Positions 36,899 through 47,376 of a stretch of DNA of 64,000 nt are shown in pieces. Every line of letters begins with the position of its first letter. Position 1 is the stretch's first letter. The position numbers and the translations under genes were made by a program. Source of the DNA: a virus. The notes below the pieces were generated by a model that saw only the letters and a list, made by a program, of their open reading frames with translations, was not told where the DNA came from and ran no database searches. The stretch covers positions 1-64,000 of the IMG/VR virus record IMGVR_UViG_3300032163_000003; one strand, given 5' to 3'.

Positions 36899-37336
36899 CT
36901 ACTGTCCTCCGACAACACTTACTTGTGACTTTTCTTTAACTTTTCTTGGGCTGCTCCACGGGGAAGTATTGATTATACCTTTTAGCTTATCTGACGCTAA
37001 AGTCTTTCCCGAGGAGTTTGGGGTTTTATCTCCCATATTGAATGAGTTTACGTTCTGAACTTCAGACACCTTCTTTTTCTTTGTTGCTTTATACGAATGC
37101 TGCATTATTGTAGCTTTTCGATTAAAACAATCGACCACGCATTTTTCCCACTCTTTTCTATCCAAGATACGAGAACACTCTGATTTACAAAACATCATCG
37201 CGTCACGTTCTTTCCCTTTTTTTATGAGATGACGTAATCCTAAAACACCAGCGATAGCTGCAATAGTTGGAGTAGCAAATAGTTCCTGCAGTTCTTGTTC
37301 TTCCAAATATTCTATTAATTGATAGAATGAAAACAT
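36899..37336 (-). CDS. FSFY-leader family protein
   Basis: Internal ATG at 37336: MFSFYQLIEYLEEQELQELFA; CKSEC...CVVDC. Confidence 0.7.
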   Translation of the reverse strand: MFSFYQLIEYLEEQELQELFATPTIAAIAGVLGLRHLIKKGKERDAMMFCKSECSRILDRKEWEKCVVDCFNRKATIMQHSYKATKKKKVSEVQNVNSFNMGDKTPNSSGKTLASDKLKGIINTSPWSSPRKVKEKSQVSVVGGQ

Positions 37337-37340
37337 GAAG

Positions 37341-37823
37341 TTATTCCTTATGTTGTTTCCAGGATTTAATTCCTGGTCCACCCAAGTTCTTAGTTGGTGC
37401 TCTGAATTTACCAGACCATTTATTCTTAATCCAATTATAACCTCTTGCTGCAATATTCGCGGCGTTTAACTTTTCATCCAACGACTGGAGATATTCGTCT
37501 AGTTGTGTAGTTTTTAGGAATTCTTGTTTATTTGTTTTTGAACTTTCTTCTACATTTTCTTCGTCTTTATCTTCTCTCTCGTAAGGCCTGAATGGATATC
37601 TTACCGCATTAACTGCGCCTTTTGCCACACCCTTAACTGCTCTGTATGCTCCGTATAATCCACCCGCTGCTAAGCCAGCAGTTCCTAAAGCACCAAGTCC
37701 TGCCACTTTTGCAGTTTTTTTAGCCGCGCTTTTTATTGCGGGAGCTGGTGGAACATATATTCCTTCCTCTTTCAGTAATAAGTCAAGGTCTCCTAAGAAC
37801 TGATAAAAGCTAAATCGTTTCAT
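37341..37823 (-). CDS. FSFY-leader family protein
   Basis: MKRFSFYQFLGDLD; AGGAGG RBS; Gly/Ala hydrophobic helix. Confidence 0.7.
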   Translation of the reverse strand: MKRFSFYQFLGDLDLLLKEEGIYVPPAPAIKSAAKKTAKVAGLGALGTAGLAAGGLYGAYRAVKGVAKGAVNAVRYPFRPYEREDKDEENVEESSKTNKQEFLKTTQLDEYLQSLDEKLNAANIAARGYNWIKNKWSGKFRAPTKNLGGPGIKSWKQHKE

Positions 37824-38458
37824 ATATTTCCTCCTAGAATAACTTTTTGAATATCTCTTTTTACTTGATCTTTAGTTGGAAACTTATCGAACATTGTATA
37901 TCTTATAAATTTCCACCCATCTTCTTCAATTTCTTTTTGTCTTTTCTTGTGGTGTTCTTTGTGTTTCTCTGTATCAAAATGATACCAACCGTCAAATTCT
38001 ATAACTATTTTATGTTTAGACAAAGCGTTGTCAACTTCATAATCTTTATTTTCTAAAACTTTGTATGTATGTTCTGAAATTGGAAATAATTCTTTTACAA
38101 TTCCTCTAAGTTTAAGTTCTTGTTTTGATGGATTTTTGATTTGTTTTCTAGCTTTTCTAAGATTTTCTTTAACTTTCTCATTTCCTTTCATTTTTACTGA
38201 AACTTTTTCTGCTGCTCTTCTTCGCCCTTCATCATTCTCTTTAGTTCTACCGGTTATTTTTTCCGCTGCTCTTTCTCGAACCTTTTCAGTTTGAAAACTA
38301 AGAGCGTGAACTGCTCCTCCGTTTCTCATGTATTCTGCTTGTCTTTTAACGCTTTCATCATTCTCTTTTGTTTTTCCTCTTCTATTATGTCCAAGTATAA
38401 ATTTATTTCCTTCTTTAGTCACTTCTAATTCACATACTCCACAAGCACATAATTTCAT
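37820..38458 (-). mobile_element. Free-standing endonuclease, close paralogue of 19583-20326
   Basis: MKLCACGVC, FILGHN, IEFDGWYHFDTEKHKEHHKKRQKEIEEDGWKFIR. Confidence 0.75.
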
Positions 38459-38474
38459 TGATAATCTTCCTTCT

Positions 38475-38837
38475 TCATTCATAATTTGATTTAACCCTCC
38501 CAGTTCCTGAAACTGATTTAGACTGGTTCTCCCAGTTAGATCTGTTCATTCTAAATGTTTTAAAGTCACCAAACTTTTTATTTAACTTAACTATTTCTTT
38601 AGTCTTTCCTGAAAATCTTGGAGATTGTTCTTTACCTATTGTCGAAGGAAGTGGACGAATAGGACTTGCAGATTCACTTTCAACTGCGTCTCCAGTTTGT
38701 AATCTATTTGATCTTTCTGAATCAACATTTGACATAAACTTATTTAGTTTTAATTGCGCGCCAACTTTCTTCTTTCCGCTTAGATAGACCTCGTATTCAT
38801 CAAGTCTAGTAATTCTTAAGAACTGTTCCTTTGTCAT
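38475..38837 (-). CDS. Hypothetical protein
   Basis: Class B motif directly upstream of MTKEQF; RLDEY motif. Confidence 0.5.
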   Translation of the reverse strand: MTKEQFLRITRLDEYEVYLSGKKKVGAQLKLNKFMSNVDSERSNRLQTGDAVESESASPIRPLPSTIGKEQSPRFSGKTKEIVKLNKKFGDFKTFRMNRSNWENQSKSVSGTGRVKSNYE

Positions 38838-38871
38838 ATATAATTTGTTCCGTTTTGTGACAAGATCTGAT

Positions 38872-41800
38872 TTAAATATTACCACTTAAAATTGCAGCGA
38901 TTTCAGGATCAAAAGATCCTTGTCCGCTTTGTCTTCCACCCCCACCGCCCTGTTGATTGCTTTGCATATTTGTGATTACGTTAGAGTTAGAAATTATCGC
39001 TGCGTTTACTCCTTTGAGACCTTTATCTATAGCTCCAACCATTGGGTTCATTGCTTTACTCATTCCATTGATTCCCATCATAGCATTTTCTACTTCTCCA
39101 TCAATCAAGTCTTTTCTTTTGTAAGGAACATTGAATTGTTTAGGATCTCCAACTTGTGGTTTCATTTGCAAATGCCATGGCTCATTTCCCATTGGCTGAT
39201 AAAATCCATACTTCTCCATCAGACCTTCTTTTTTCAAACCATAAGCATCTCCACTATTAATGTCTAACGCCAATCCTTTTCCGTGAGGAGATTTTCCTGG
39301 AGGAGCAGCGTATGGGTTAGTTTTGTACAACTCAGCTTGTTTTGCTGGAGACCTGTAGGCGGAGTTTAATTGAATCTCTTTTCCTGTTCCTTTCTTATAT
39401 TCTTCTGCCATCAAAGAGAAGTTTTTCCAAATTGGTTCTTGAACTCCACTTATATCAACATCAGGCATTTTCTTGATTCCAACTAAAGATCCAAGTCGTT
39501 CCCCAATCGTAGTAGCTCCAGAAACTATAGATTTTCCTATATCTGTTATTCCTACTTTTTCAGCTACTCTTTGAGCAAATCCAGTAGCTCCAGTTGCTGC
39601 TTGACCAATAGCCCCAGCGGCTTTTCCTAGTAAACTTTCTTTTTGATATTCTAGTTGGATTATTTTTCCTACGTCTGCGAAACCCTCTTTAATCGCTTCT
39701 CGAATAGTAATAGCTAAGTGAGATTCACTGCTTGCTGATTTACCAACACCATCCCCTACTTCTTTTATTTGACCATACTTTCTTGGTCCATATCCCGGAT
39801 CTCCAACTCCTCCCATTTGCATATATTTTTCATATTCCGCTTGCCCAGCACCAGGAGTAGTTTCTGGAGCTTTTTCCGGTCCACCTGTAACTTTCTCAAC
39901 AGCCCATCCAATCGCTTTTACAAGAGGATTCTTTTTAACTAAATCAACTATCCAATCTTTTGCTTTAACTGCTAAGTCCCACATAAAGTCAACTGGATAT
40001 AGAACCAAATCTTTTATCGCTATAGCCTTTTCTTTAACATAACCAACTACAGAATCTATAGATTTCGAAATTGTTTTACTAGCAGATTCAACTATATCAA
40101 AAACTAAGTCTCCGAGCCATCCAGGTCCTTTATATTTTCCTCCTGAAATCCACTCACCAAACATTCCAAATAATTCACCAACAAGAGTTTTTTCCCCTCG
40201 AAAAGCTTGTATCATTTCATAAACACCAAACGCAGCTGCTCCTACTGCAGCTCCCATTGGTAACATTCTTAATAAAGCACCACCCGCTTTACCCAGTCCT
40301 TTTAGCCCCAACCCACCAAGGGCTTTTAAGTATCTTAGAGGATTTAACTTTGTCATAAGACTCTTTACCCAACCACCGATTGCTCCAACAGTCATCAGCA
40401 AGTAGTCAGATATACTTTTAGTTCCTTTTTTAAGTATGTCTATAATTTTAGCTGTATCCTCTTTAATTGTTGCTACTATCTTTGAGGTAGGTTTTGCGAT
40501 ACCTATTATTTGTTTAGTTTGGTCTTTTGAAAGCTTTCCAAAATATCTTGAAATAAATCTAGCTGCTTTTCCTGATATTTCGGAAATAATTATCTTAGTT
40601 TCTAACTCCTTTTTTTCTCCTTCTTTGACTCCCATTCCAGCTTTTGCTGCTGCAAAAGGAATCTTGTAGTCTTTATAAGTCTTATCTTCTTTTACTTTAC
40701 CATGTTTTCCACCAAACAAAATTCTTTTTATGTTTTTTGGTCTTAAAGCTCCTAATCCTCCAACACCTCCAGCTTCCACTTCTCCAGCTCCAACCCCAGC
40801 GAAACCTAACATTGTTTCCCACGCTTTTTGAACTATGTCAGAAAAGAATCCACCACCCATTCCACCAACGGTAACTTTCTCTCTCTTCTTTTTAGCAGCT
40901 TTTTGACTAGGCGATTCCCAACCACCTTCTTCTGGAGCACCACCAAAACCAAGCATTCTTTTTATCTTATCAAACATTCCTTCTTCTTTTTTACCTGCCG
41001 GTTTCCACCAACGCTTGACTCCTCTAGCTCCAAGTCTTATTTTTTGAATTCCGGTTGCTTCCATCTTTTCTCTTGGTTCTCTAAATCGTTCCTGTTTTAT
41101 ATCAAGACCCATTCCAATAGCTTTTAGAGAAGAAAGTATGTGATCATATTTATGCATGAAGTCAGCATAAATCATTCCCAATGTAGTAGCAATATTTCCT
41201 AGAACGTTTGGACCTTTTGGAACTTTAGCTTTGTATTTGCTTTGAGTAGAGAATAACCACTTTAAAGGTTTAGCCATCCAATCGCTAATTTTTATAAATG
41301 TTTTGAACATAGGGATTTCTTTAAACATATCCCGTATCATGCCATATATTCCCCCCGGTTCTCCTTCCACATTCGGTTCAGAAATCGTTGTTAATTGTTC
41401 TCGAATTGCTCCTAACTCAGTCGTTACTGGTTTAATTGACCGTTTAAACATTAGGTTAAATTCTCTAAACAATTTTTGAGAAGGAACTACAACTTCTGCT
41501 GCATGCACTTGAGCTAGTCCTGTCTTTGCTACATATCCGCCTTTCTGTAGTTTTGGAATTCTTGTGTTTTCTCTAGCAGATTGACCAGCTCTAAACATTG
41601 ACTTAAACTTAGATCCAACCACACTAGCGGCGTCACTAAGTTTATTTTTAATTGCGTCACTAAATTTTCTGAAAACACCAGTTTCCATGAATTTAGCGGC
41701 GAAGTATCCAAATATAGGAGTAGCTCGACTCAGCGCCATTGCGACGGTATTTGGCGCGCTGATATTTAATTCTCTTTGTAAAATGTTTTTATAATTTTGG

Positions 41801-42132
41801 AGTGTTTCTTTTGTGATGGAAGATATCTTGACAACGCCTCTTCCCATTATGTCAAACACGTATCCAACTCTATTTAAGATACCAGAAACCGACTTTTCTA
41901 TTTCTCTAATTCCTTCAGTTCCAGCCATTCTTTCTACTTTAAGTCTTCTAGCTTTTTCTGTAATTCTTCTAATATCATTTCTAGCTCCGCCAAGTTCTTT
42001 TTGAAAGTCATCGTTATTTCTTTCTATAAAATTCGAAACAGCATTGATCCCTTTAGCTCGTTGGTTTCCTTCTGCCGTTGCTTCTCTTTCATTCTGACTC
42101 ATCATTCGTCTAATGTCTCGGTCATTAGCCAT
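38872..42132 (-). CDS. Tape-measure-like tail protein with C-terminal M15 (VanY-like) peptidoglycan peptidase
   Basis: Long helical Gly/Ala-rich body; NSAYRS...SPHGKGLALDI...EPWH. Confidence 0.8.
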   Translation of the reverse strand: MANDRDIRRMMSQNEREATAEGNQRAKGINAVSNFIERNNDDFQKELGGARNDIRRITEKARRLKVERMAGTEGIREIEKSVSGILNRVGYVFDIMGRGVVKISSITKETLQNYKNILQRELNISAPNTVAMALSRATPIFGYFAAKFMETGVFRKFSDAIKNKLSDAASVVGSKFKSMFRAGQSARENTRIPKLQKGGYVAKTGLAQVHAAEVVVPSQKLFREFNLMFKRSIKPVTTELGAIREQLTTISEPNVEGEPGGIYGMIRDMFKEIPMFKTFIKISDWMAKPLKWLFSTQSKYKAKVPKGPNVLGNIATTLGMIYADFMHKYDHILSSLKAIGMGLDIKQERFREPREKMEATGIQKIRLGARGVKRWWKPAGKKEEGMFDKIKRMLGFGGAPEEGGWESPSQKAAKKKREKVTVGGMGGGFFSDIVQKAWETMLGFAGVGAGEVEAGGVGGLGALRPKNIKRILFGGKHGKVKEDKTYKDYKIPFAAAKAGMGVKEGEKKELETKIIISEISGKAARFISRYFGKLSKDQTKQIIGIAKPTSKIVATIKEDTAKIIDILKKGTKSISDYLLMTVGAIGGWVKSLMTKLNPLRYLKALGGLGLKGLGKAGGALLRMLPMGAAVGAAAFGVYEMIQAFRGEKTLVGELFGMFGEWISGGKYKGPGWLGDLVFDIVESASKTISKSIDSVVGYVKEKAIAIKDLVLYPVDFMWDLAVKAKDWIVDLVKKNPLVKAIGWAVEKVTGGPEKAPETTPGAGQAEYEKYMQMGGVGDPGYGPRKYGQIKEVGDGVGKSASSESHLAITIREAIKEGFADVGKIIQLEYQKESLLGKAAGAIGQAATGATGFAQRVAEKVGITDIGKSIVSGATTIGERLGSLVGIKKMPDVDISGVQEPIWKNFSLMAEEYKKGTGKEIQLNSAYRSPAKQAELYKTNPYAAPPGKSPHGKGLALDINSGDAYGLKKEGLMEKYGFYQPMGNEPWHLQMKPQVGDPKQFNVPYKRKDLIDGEVENAMMGINGMSKAMNPMVGAIDKGLKGVNAAIISNSNVITNMQSNQQGGGGGRQSGQGSFDPEIAAILSGNI

Positions 42133-42135
42133 TTT

Positions 42136-43008
42136 TTACTTTCCTTCTACAAATTTTCTTATTTTATTTTCTACTTTTTCCATATCTTTTAGCTCATTTT
42201 CCCAAATTACTAAAGTCTTATACCCAAACTTTGCAAATATTTTCTTTCTTTCTTCTGGATCTTCTCCTTGATGATAATAATTTCCAAAATGTTCAATCAG
42301 TAACTTCTTACCATTGATACAAGTAAAGTCAGGATTTTTACCATTAATTAAGAAACTAAAATCTCCTGTATATTTCCATTCGTTGGGGTAAAACTTATTT
42401 AGAACATTCAAAATTTTAACTTCACATTTGTTTGGTCTAAGGTCTCGTGCTTCTTTTTGTTTTTGTTGATATTCTGGATCTTTCCAGTTTTCTAGTTGTT
42501 TTTCTGCCATTCTTTTAACACCTTTATTATTCTCTTTAGTTCTTCCCTTCTTTTTTTCTGCTCCTTTTCTACGTCCTTCTTCAGTTACAAAACTAGCTGC
42601 ATAAGTTGCTCCACCACTTTTCATTCGTTTCGATCGTTTTTTTATTTGTATTCTTTTACCTTCTTCGGTTACACAACTATTCATATAAGATGCATGACCA
42701 TTTTTCATTCTTATTCTTGTTTGTGATCTTTCCTCTTCTGTTACATCTCGAAAGTTTTTTATACCTTTATTCCACGGGATTTTTCCGAACATATGATTAT
42801 TCTCTCCTGTTATTTTTTCTGCCCCCTTTTTAACTCTCTCATCTGTTTCTTTTGTTAAATCTTTATTCCACGGAATTCTTCCTTTAAGATTTTCGCTATT
42901 TTTCTTTGAGACTTTTGGGCATTTCATAACATTTAAACTACAACACCATTTTTCGTTCTTGAATTGATATTTCGCTTCTTGACCACAACCATAATCACAT
43001 AATTTCAT
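42136..43008 (-). mobile_element. Free-standing endonuclease (CxxGCG + NUMOD3-like + Vsr-like)
   Basis: MKLCDYGCG, PWNK repeats, PDF...IEHFGNYYH...LVIWENE. Confidence 0.75.
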
Positions 43009-43021
43009 TAATAAATTCTCC

Positions 43022-43909
43022 TTACGTTAAACTTTTCATCATCGTTATAAACTTATCTTTTAGAATCTTTTTTTCCACATGTAAAGCTATAACTTCCTCT
43101 GGTCTCCATAACTCTTGAAAACATACATTCCCATACGTCGGCACGTCCAAAGCGTCATACGTTCGGTACATCGGAGATAAAATATGCATGTACCCGTTAT
43201 ATAAAATGTCTTGCGCTTTTCCGCCATACACAGTTACAAGTTTAATGCATTGTTTCATATCTTCTACATTCTTGTCAAACTTATCCGGATCTTTTGAATA
43301 CTTCTTTAGCGGTAACATAACTTTTGAATACTTGCTTATAACAGCTGCGATTGAAACCTCGGCCCCAAATTCGGTATGCATCTGAACAACTATCTTCCAA
43401 ACCTCATCGTCAATTTTTTGTCCTTTCAGAATCTTAAAAATATCTTTGAAAAATAGAATGTAGTAGTCTTTGATATAGTCTTTGAAAATTGTTAAGAACT
43501 TATTTGGTTCTCTATCAGTACAGTAATGGACTAGTTCATGACTAGTAACTCTAGCAAGAACTTTATTTGGATATGATAAGAACCAGTTGATGTAGTTATC
43601 AAGAACTATAAAGATCTTTCTTTGATTTGGTTCGTAAAAAGCTGCAAATCCCGGTCCTTCTATTGACTGTAGTATTTTCTTTGTGATAAACTTTATTGCA
43701 CTGCTTTCTTGCCAACATGGAACTATTGCTTGCTTTTTTCTAACAAGATTATCTATCTCTCGGATCACATCTGAAAAATAATCCGACTTCGCCAAAGCTT
43801 TTACAAATCTTTCTTGAATTCTTTCCGAAGTATAAAAAGGCACACCTTCAAGTTTCACAGCGATCCTTCCATTTTCCGGTAGTGCGAACAGTTCTTGAAC
43901 TTGTTCCAT
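43022..43909 (-). CDS. Putative zinc metallopeptidase-like protein
   Basis: AAFY...SHELVH (HExxH)...QELWRPEE. Confidence 0.55.
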   Translation of the reverse strand: MEQVQELFALPENGRIAVKLEGVPFYTSERIQERFVKALAKSDYFSDVIREIDNLVRKKQAIVPCWQESSAIKFITKKILQSIEGPGFAAFYEPNQRKIFIVLDNYINWFLSYPNKVLARVTSHELVHYCTDREPNKFLTIFKDYIKDYYILFFKDIFKILKGQKIDDEVWKIVVQMHTEFGAEVSIAAVISKYSKVMLPLKKYSKDPDKFDKNVEDMKQCIKLVTVYGGKAQDILYNGYMHILSPMYRTYDALDVPTYGNVCFQELWRPEEVIALHVEKKILKDKFITMMKSLT

Positions 43910-43915
43910 GTATCG

Positions 43916-45646
43916 TTATCCTTTTTCTATTCCGATAAACTTTCCTAGTTCTTCCTCTTCCTCTTCGTCCTTTGGGAGCAGATCTATGGCTTTTCTAGAT
44001 TCGATCTTGTATCCAGGAGCTGCTCTGCTTAGTTGAGTTGTGCCATCATAGAAAGAAAGAGTATTTAAAAACCCTTGGTTTGCAGATATGTTATCTTTTA
44101 CGAACTGCATAATGTCTTCATTAGTTAGATTAGATCTTTGGTTGTCGTTCATTTTCATTACATCATTAAACATTGTGTCAGATAAGAACTTACTAGATTC
44201 TACCCCCATTGGTGGGTCATACTTGCGGACGTAAAATGCGCAAGCAGTTGCGAGAGACAAGTCATCTCTACAACCTACATCTCCTTCAACTTTTCCAGCT
44301 TTAGTAATTAATCCAATTAGTTCTAATGAAAGTCTTTTTGATTTAACTAATTCTGGGAATTCAGTAATATAGGAATATAACGAATCTATAATTAAAGGTC
44401 TAGTTTTAGAGTTATTCGATAGTCCGGCAACTACTTTATTATCACCTTTTTTCTCTTTGTACAGCATGTTTGATAAATCGGATCTATCAATCTCTTCACA
44501 TACTTGGTTTCCATATCCTCCAGTATTTTCAACAACTAGAAGACCAGGATATTTAGTACAAGCTAACCTAACTACTTTACTAAACTCGGTAACAGCAAGT
44601 TTTCCTTCGTACTCCCAAACTTGTTCTAAAGTTACATAGTCCCAAACTGTAATTGCAGAATTGTCTACGCCGTGTTCTGCAGCGGTATCCACTCCAATCA
44701 AATAGTATCTTCCCTTCTCGGGCTTCTTAAACATCCACGATTCCCCACCAAATATCCTTACAATTTCTATTGGTTCAGATTTATCTCTTTGTAACTTCTC
44801 GCAAGTAATTTCATCAAAGAACGATCCTTTTGTAGGTAAAAAGATTAAATCTAGTTCTTGCTTGATCGACCTTTGGTCATTTGCAAACATTTCACATTGT
44901 GTTTTATACCAAGTAGGATCTCCCGCAAGTTCTGGAATTTGTTTCCAGTGAATTTCCATATATTTAAAAATATCATCACCGCTCATTGATCGTTGATATC
45001 TTTTATAAAACCACGCACCTAAACCAGTAGTTTTATTAGGAGTTGATAATATTAAAGTTCCATATGGAACATTTGCTTCTCTTGCGTGCTTTTGATTAGT
45101 TGATAAAGCTGGAACCATTCCAACCCATGCATCTTCAATGTGTGGAATGAACGCTGCTTCGTCAATTACTAAGAATGTTATTGCTTTACCACGGAGAGTT
45201 CTTTCTGGGTGGTTTGGGTTTACTGGAGTAGCATAACATTTGCACCCGTTGTCAAGAATAAATTGTTGTTCTGTTCTTTTCTTGAACTTTGGAGACAACC
45301 AAATAGGAAGTTTATCTATCATTGACATTATCGCTCTAGCAAAGTCAGTAGCTTCTTTTCCATCTTTGGAGATAATTCCGATAACTGCGTTCTTAAAGAA
45401 ACAAACCAACCATCCAATATATGCTTGAACTACTGTAGAAATTCCAATTTGTCTAGATTTTAGAACTAACATGTTATGAATGGTGTGAATTAAGTTAATT
45501 AATTCAGCCTGTTTCTGATAAGGTTTTATCAGACGATCTCCCCCAACTAGTTCAAGTTTGATATACTTTCTGCAAAAATACTCGAATGAACTCTTACACT
45601 TAAAGTATTCTTGGAGCCTATACTGCCTTTCTTTTTCGTCAGTCAT
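43916..45646 (-). CDS. terL: Terminase large subunit
   Basis: YQKQ, KSRQIGIST Walker A, LVIDEAAF Walker B, STPN, IGVDTA...DNSA...DDL nuclease. Confidence 0.92.
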   Translation of the reverse strand: MTDEKERQYRLQEYFKCKSSFEYFCRKYIKLELVGGDRLIKPYQKQAELINLIHTIHNMLVLKSRQIGISTVVQAYIGWLVCFFKNAVIGIISKDGKEATDFARAIMSMIDKLPIWLSPKFKKRTEQQFILDNGCKCYATPVNPNHPERTLRGKAITFLVIDEAAFIPHIEDAWVGMVPALSTNQKHAREANVPYGTLILSTPNKTTGLGAWFYKRYQRSMSGDDIFKYMEIHWKQIPELAGDPTWYKTQCEMFANDQRSIKQELDLIFLPTKGSFFDEITCEKLQRDKSEPIEIVRIFGGESWMFKKPEKGRYYLIGVDTAAEHGVDNSAITVWDYVTLEQVWEYEGKLAVTEFSKVVRLACTKYPGLLVVENTGGYGNQVCEEIDRSDLSNMLYKEKKGDNKVVAGLSNNSKTRPLIIDSLYSYITEFPELVKSKRLSLELIGLITKAGKVEGDVGCRDDLSLATACAFYVRKYDPPMGVESSKFLSDTMFNDVMKMNDNQRSNLTNEDIMQFVKDNISANQGFLNTLSFYDGTTQLSRAAPGYKIESRKAIDLLPKDEEEEEELGKFIGIEKG

Positions 45647-45776
45647 TTGTTGTATTACCCTCGCACCGTAAGATTCTCTATAGTTTGTTCTATTATTTAA
45701 CTAAGTTCTCAACTATATATATCTCTTATTGAAGTATTTAATGCGAAGATTGGATACTAAAAAAGGAGGTAAGAAA

Positions 45777-46073
45777 GTGGCAAAGTTTTCAATCTCAAGA
45801 GTGAGTGAAAGTCAGTCGTTGCTTCAAGTCACGATGTCTTTCATGATTCAATCTAACATGGAGTCCCTTTTAAAAAAGTCTCCAATTGTTTCCAAACTAT
45901 CAAAAGTTTTAACTTCAGATGGAATCCTAACTGGTCCGATATCTTCCAATATCAAGAAAGTCGAACCACTGGATATTAAGATTCCAAACGAGAGAAGAAA
46001 TCCGATGGCTCCAAGAAGTAAAGGTCGTAGTTTGAGAAAAGACTTTGATAACATGTTTGGAGAGGACTTGTAG
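45777..46073 (+). CDS. Hypothetical protein (class A promoter)
   Basis: AGGAGGT RBS before GTG. Confidence 0.55.
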   Translation: MAKFSISRVSESQSLLQVTMSFMIQSNMESLLKKSPIVSKLSKVLTSDGILTGPISSNIKKVEPLDIKIPNERRNPMAPRSKGRSLRKDFDNMFGEDL

Positions 46074-46086
46074 AAAGAATTTCGAC

Positions 46087-46131
46087 AAAAAAATTTACTT
46101 GGGAATTTTAATATCCAAGTAAATTTTTTTG
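46087..46131. terminator. Bidirectional intrinsic terminator
   Basis: AAAAAAATTTACTTGG...CCAAGTAAATTTTTTT between convergent genes. Confidence 0.8.
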
Positions 46132-47376
46132 CTAAATTGTATTATTGCTGCGGAATAAGTCTAGTTTGCAAGTTGGAAACCACTCTCCAGCTTTTGTAAA
46201 AATGATATCACTGTTTTTGAGAATATATTTTCCCGCTAGATTTGTATACTGAAGATTCTTCGTTAACAATTTTACTGGTTCACCTACATTTAGAAGATTT
46301 AAGATTTTCAAGTTCTTTTCTATCTCAACTGAAATAGTAGTTATGTTGGATAGGTATTTTGATAACCTTGAATTTATAAAAGTTTCATTCTCTTGATATC
46401 CAAGATGATCTGTGTAATACTTGGTTCGGTCTGTTATTGGATCAGTAGATACTTTATCATACTTATAAACTACTCCATAATCAGAAGTAACTTCATCTAG
46501 ATCTTTATTAATTATATTATATAATGCATCTTTTGGTTTAACTAAGTGCTTTGTTTGTTTTGCTAAAAAAGAAAACTTTGTATTTCCAGAGAAGTCACTT
46601 TTTATCGGGGCGTATGTGTAGAAATTTTTTCCTTCTTCACATCGTTTAAAAATTTCATCCATTTCCTCTTTTGTAATATCTAAAGGAACTTGAAAAATTC
46701 CAAAAGTCTGATCTTTGTTTATTTCTTTTGATAGATTGTGTACACGAAACTCATTACTTAAGTTACAGTGTACTTCTAACATTCCATCAAAAATTCCAAA
46801 TGTTTCATCTAAATACAGAATTGCTTTGTATAAAGTGGTTGGAGGAATAACTACTTGATCTATCGTTTCTGTATTTGCACCAGTATTTGTAAAATTCAAA
46901 GTAGCATCTGTTTTTCCAGTTAGTGCTTGAACTATATCTTTTACTGTTTGACCAATAAAAACATCGTTGACTAAAGTAGTAATGGTTTTGAATGGTTTTC
47001 TTGGAACAGTAATTATTCTAAACAGAGATCTATCTCTTTGAGAAGTAGCTGAAATTCGAACTTGTGGAGCAGCGGCATAACTGGTTTTAAGATACATCAA
47101 ATCTAAATCTATTCGTTCTAAAGTTGCTTTCTCGGTTCCTCTTCCTTCTAGTTTAATACTTAGTTTTAGAGGATCTTTTGAAAAAACATTTTCTTTGAGA
47201 ACTTGTTCTGGATCAATTAGAATATCTAAAGTGATTATCTGGTAAGGCGCAAATATTGAAGATGTAATTCTCACAGAAAGTAATTCTGGCGTATAATCAT
47301 AATCCTTGATGATTAATTGCAGATCGTACCCTCTAGCGAGTACGTAACTTCTTGGGTCTTTTACTTGATCAGCCAT
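46132..47376 (-). CDS. Putative baseplate hub/tail protein
   Basis: Beta-rich; DQVVIPP..LYKAILYL and GKYILK C-terminal pattern of gp27/gpD-like hubs. Confidence 0.5.
   Translation of the reverse strand: MADQVKDPRSYVLARGYDLQLIIKDYDYTPELLSVRITSSIFAPYQIITLDILIDPEQVLKENVFSKDPLKLSIKLEGRGTEKATLERIDLDLMYLKTSYAAAPQVRISATSQRDRSLFRIITVPRKPFKTITTLVNDVFIGQTVKDIVQALTGKTDATLNFTNTGANTETIDQVVIPPTTLYKAILYLDETFGIFDGMLEVHCNLSNEFRVHNLSKEINKDQTFGIFQVPLDITKEEMDEIFKRCEEGKNFYTYAPIKSDFSGNTKFSFLAKQTKHLVKPKDALYNIINKDLDEVTSDYGVVYKYDKVSTDPITDRTKYYTDHLGYQENETFINSRLSKYLSNITTISVEIEKNLKILNLLNVGEPVKLLTKNLQYTNLAGKYILKNSDIIFTKAGEWFPTCKLDLFRSNNTI

Noticed and set aside
33700-37340. Repeated ATGTTTTCATTCTAT units as CRISPR repeats, attC sites or DGR repeats
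   Set aside because: Spacing is gene-sized and irregular, variation includes synonymous changes (TCA/AGT, TTT/TTC), the units are not palindromic, and no reverse transcriptase or integrase is in the window.
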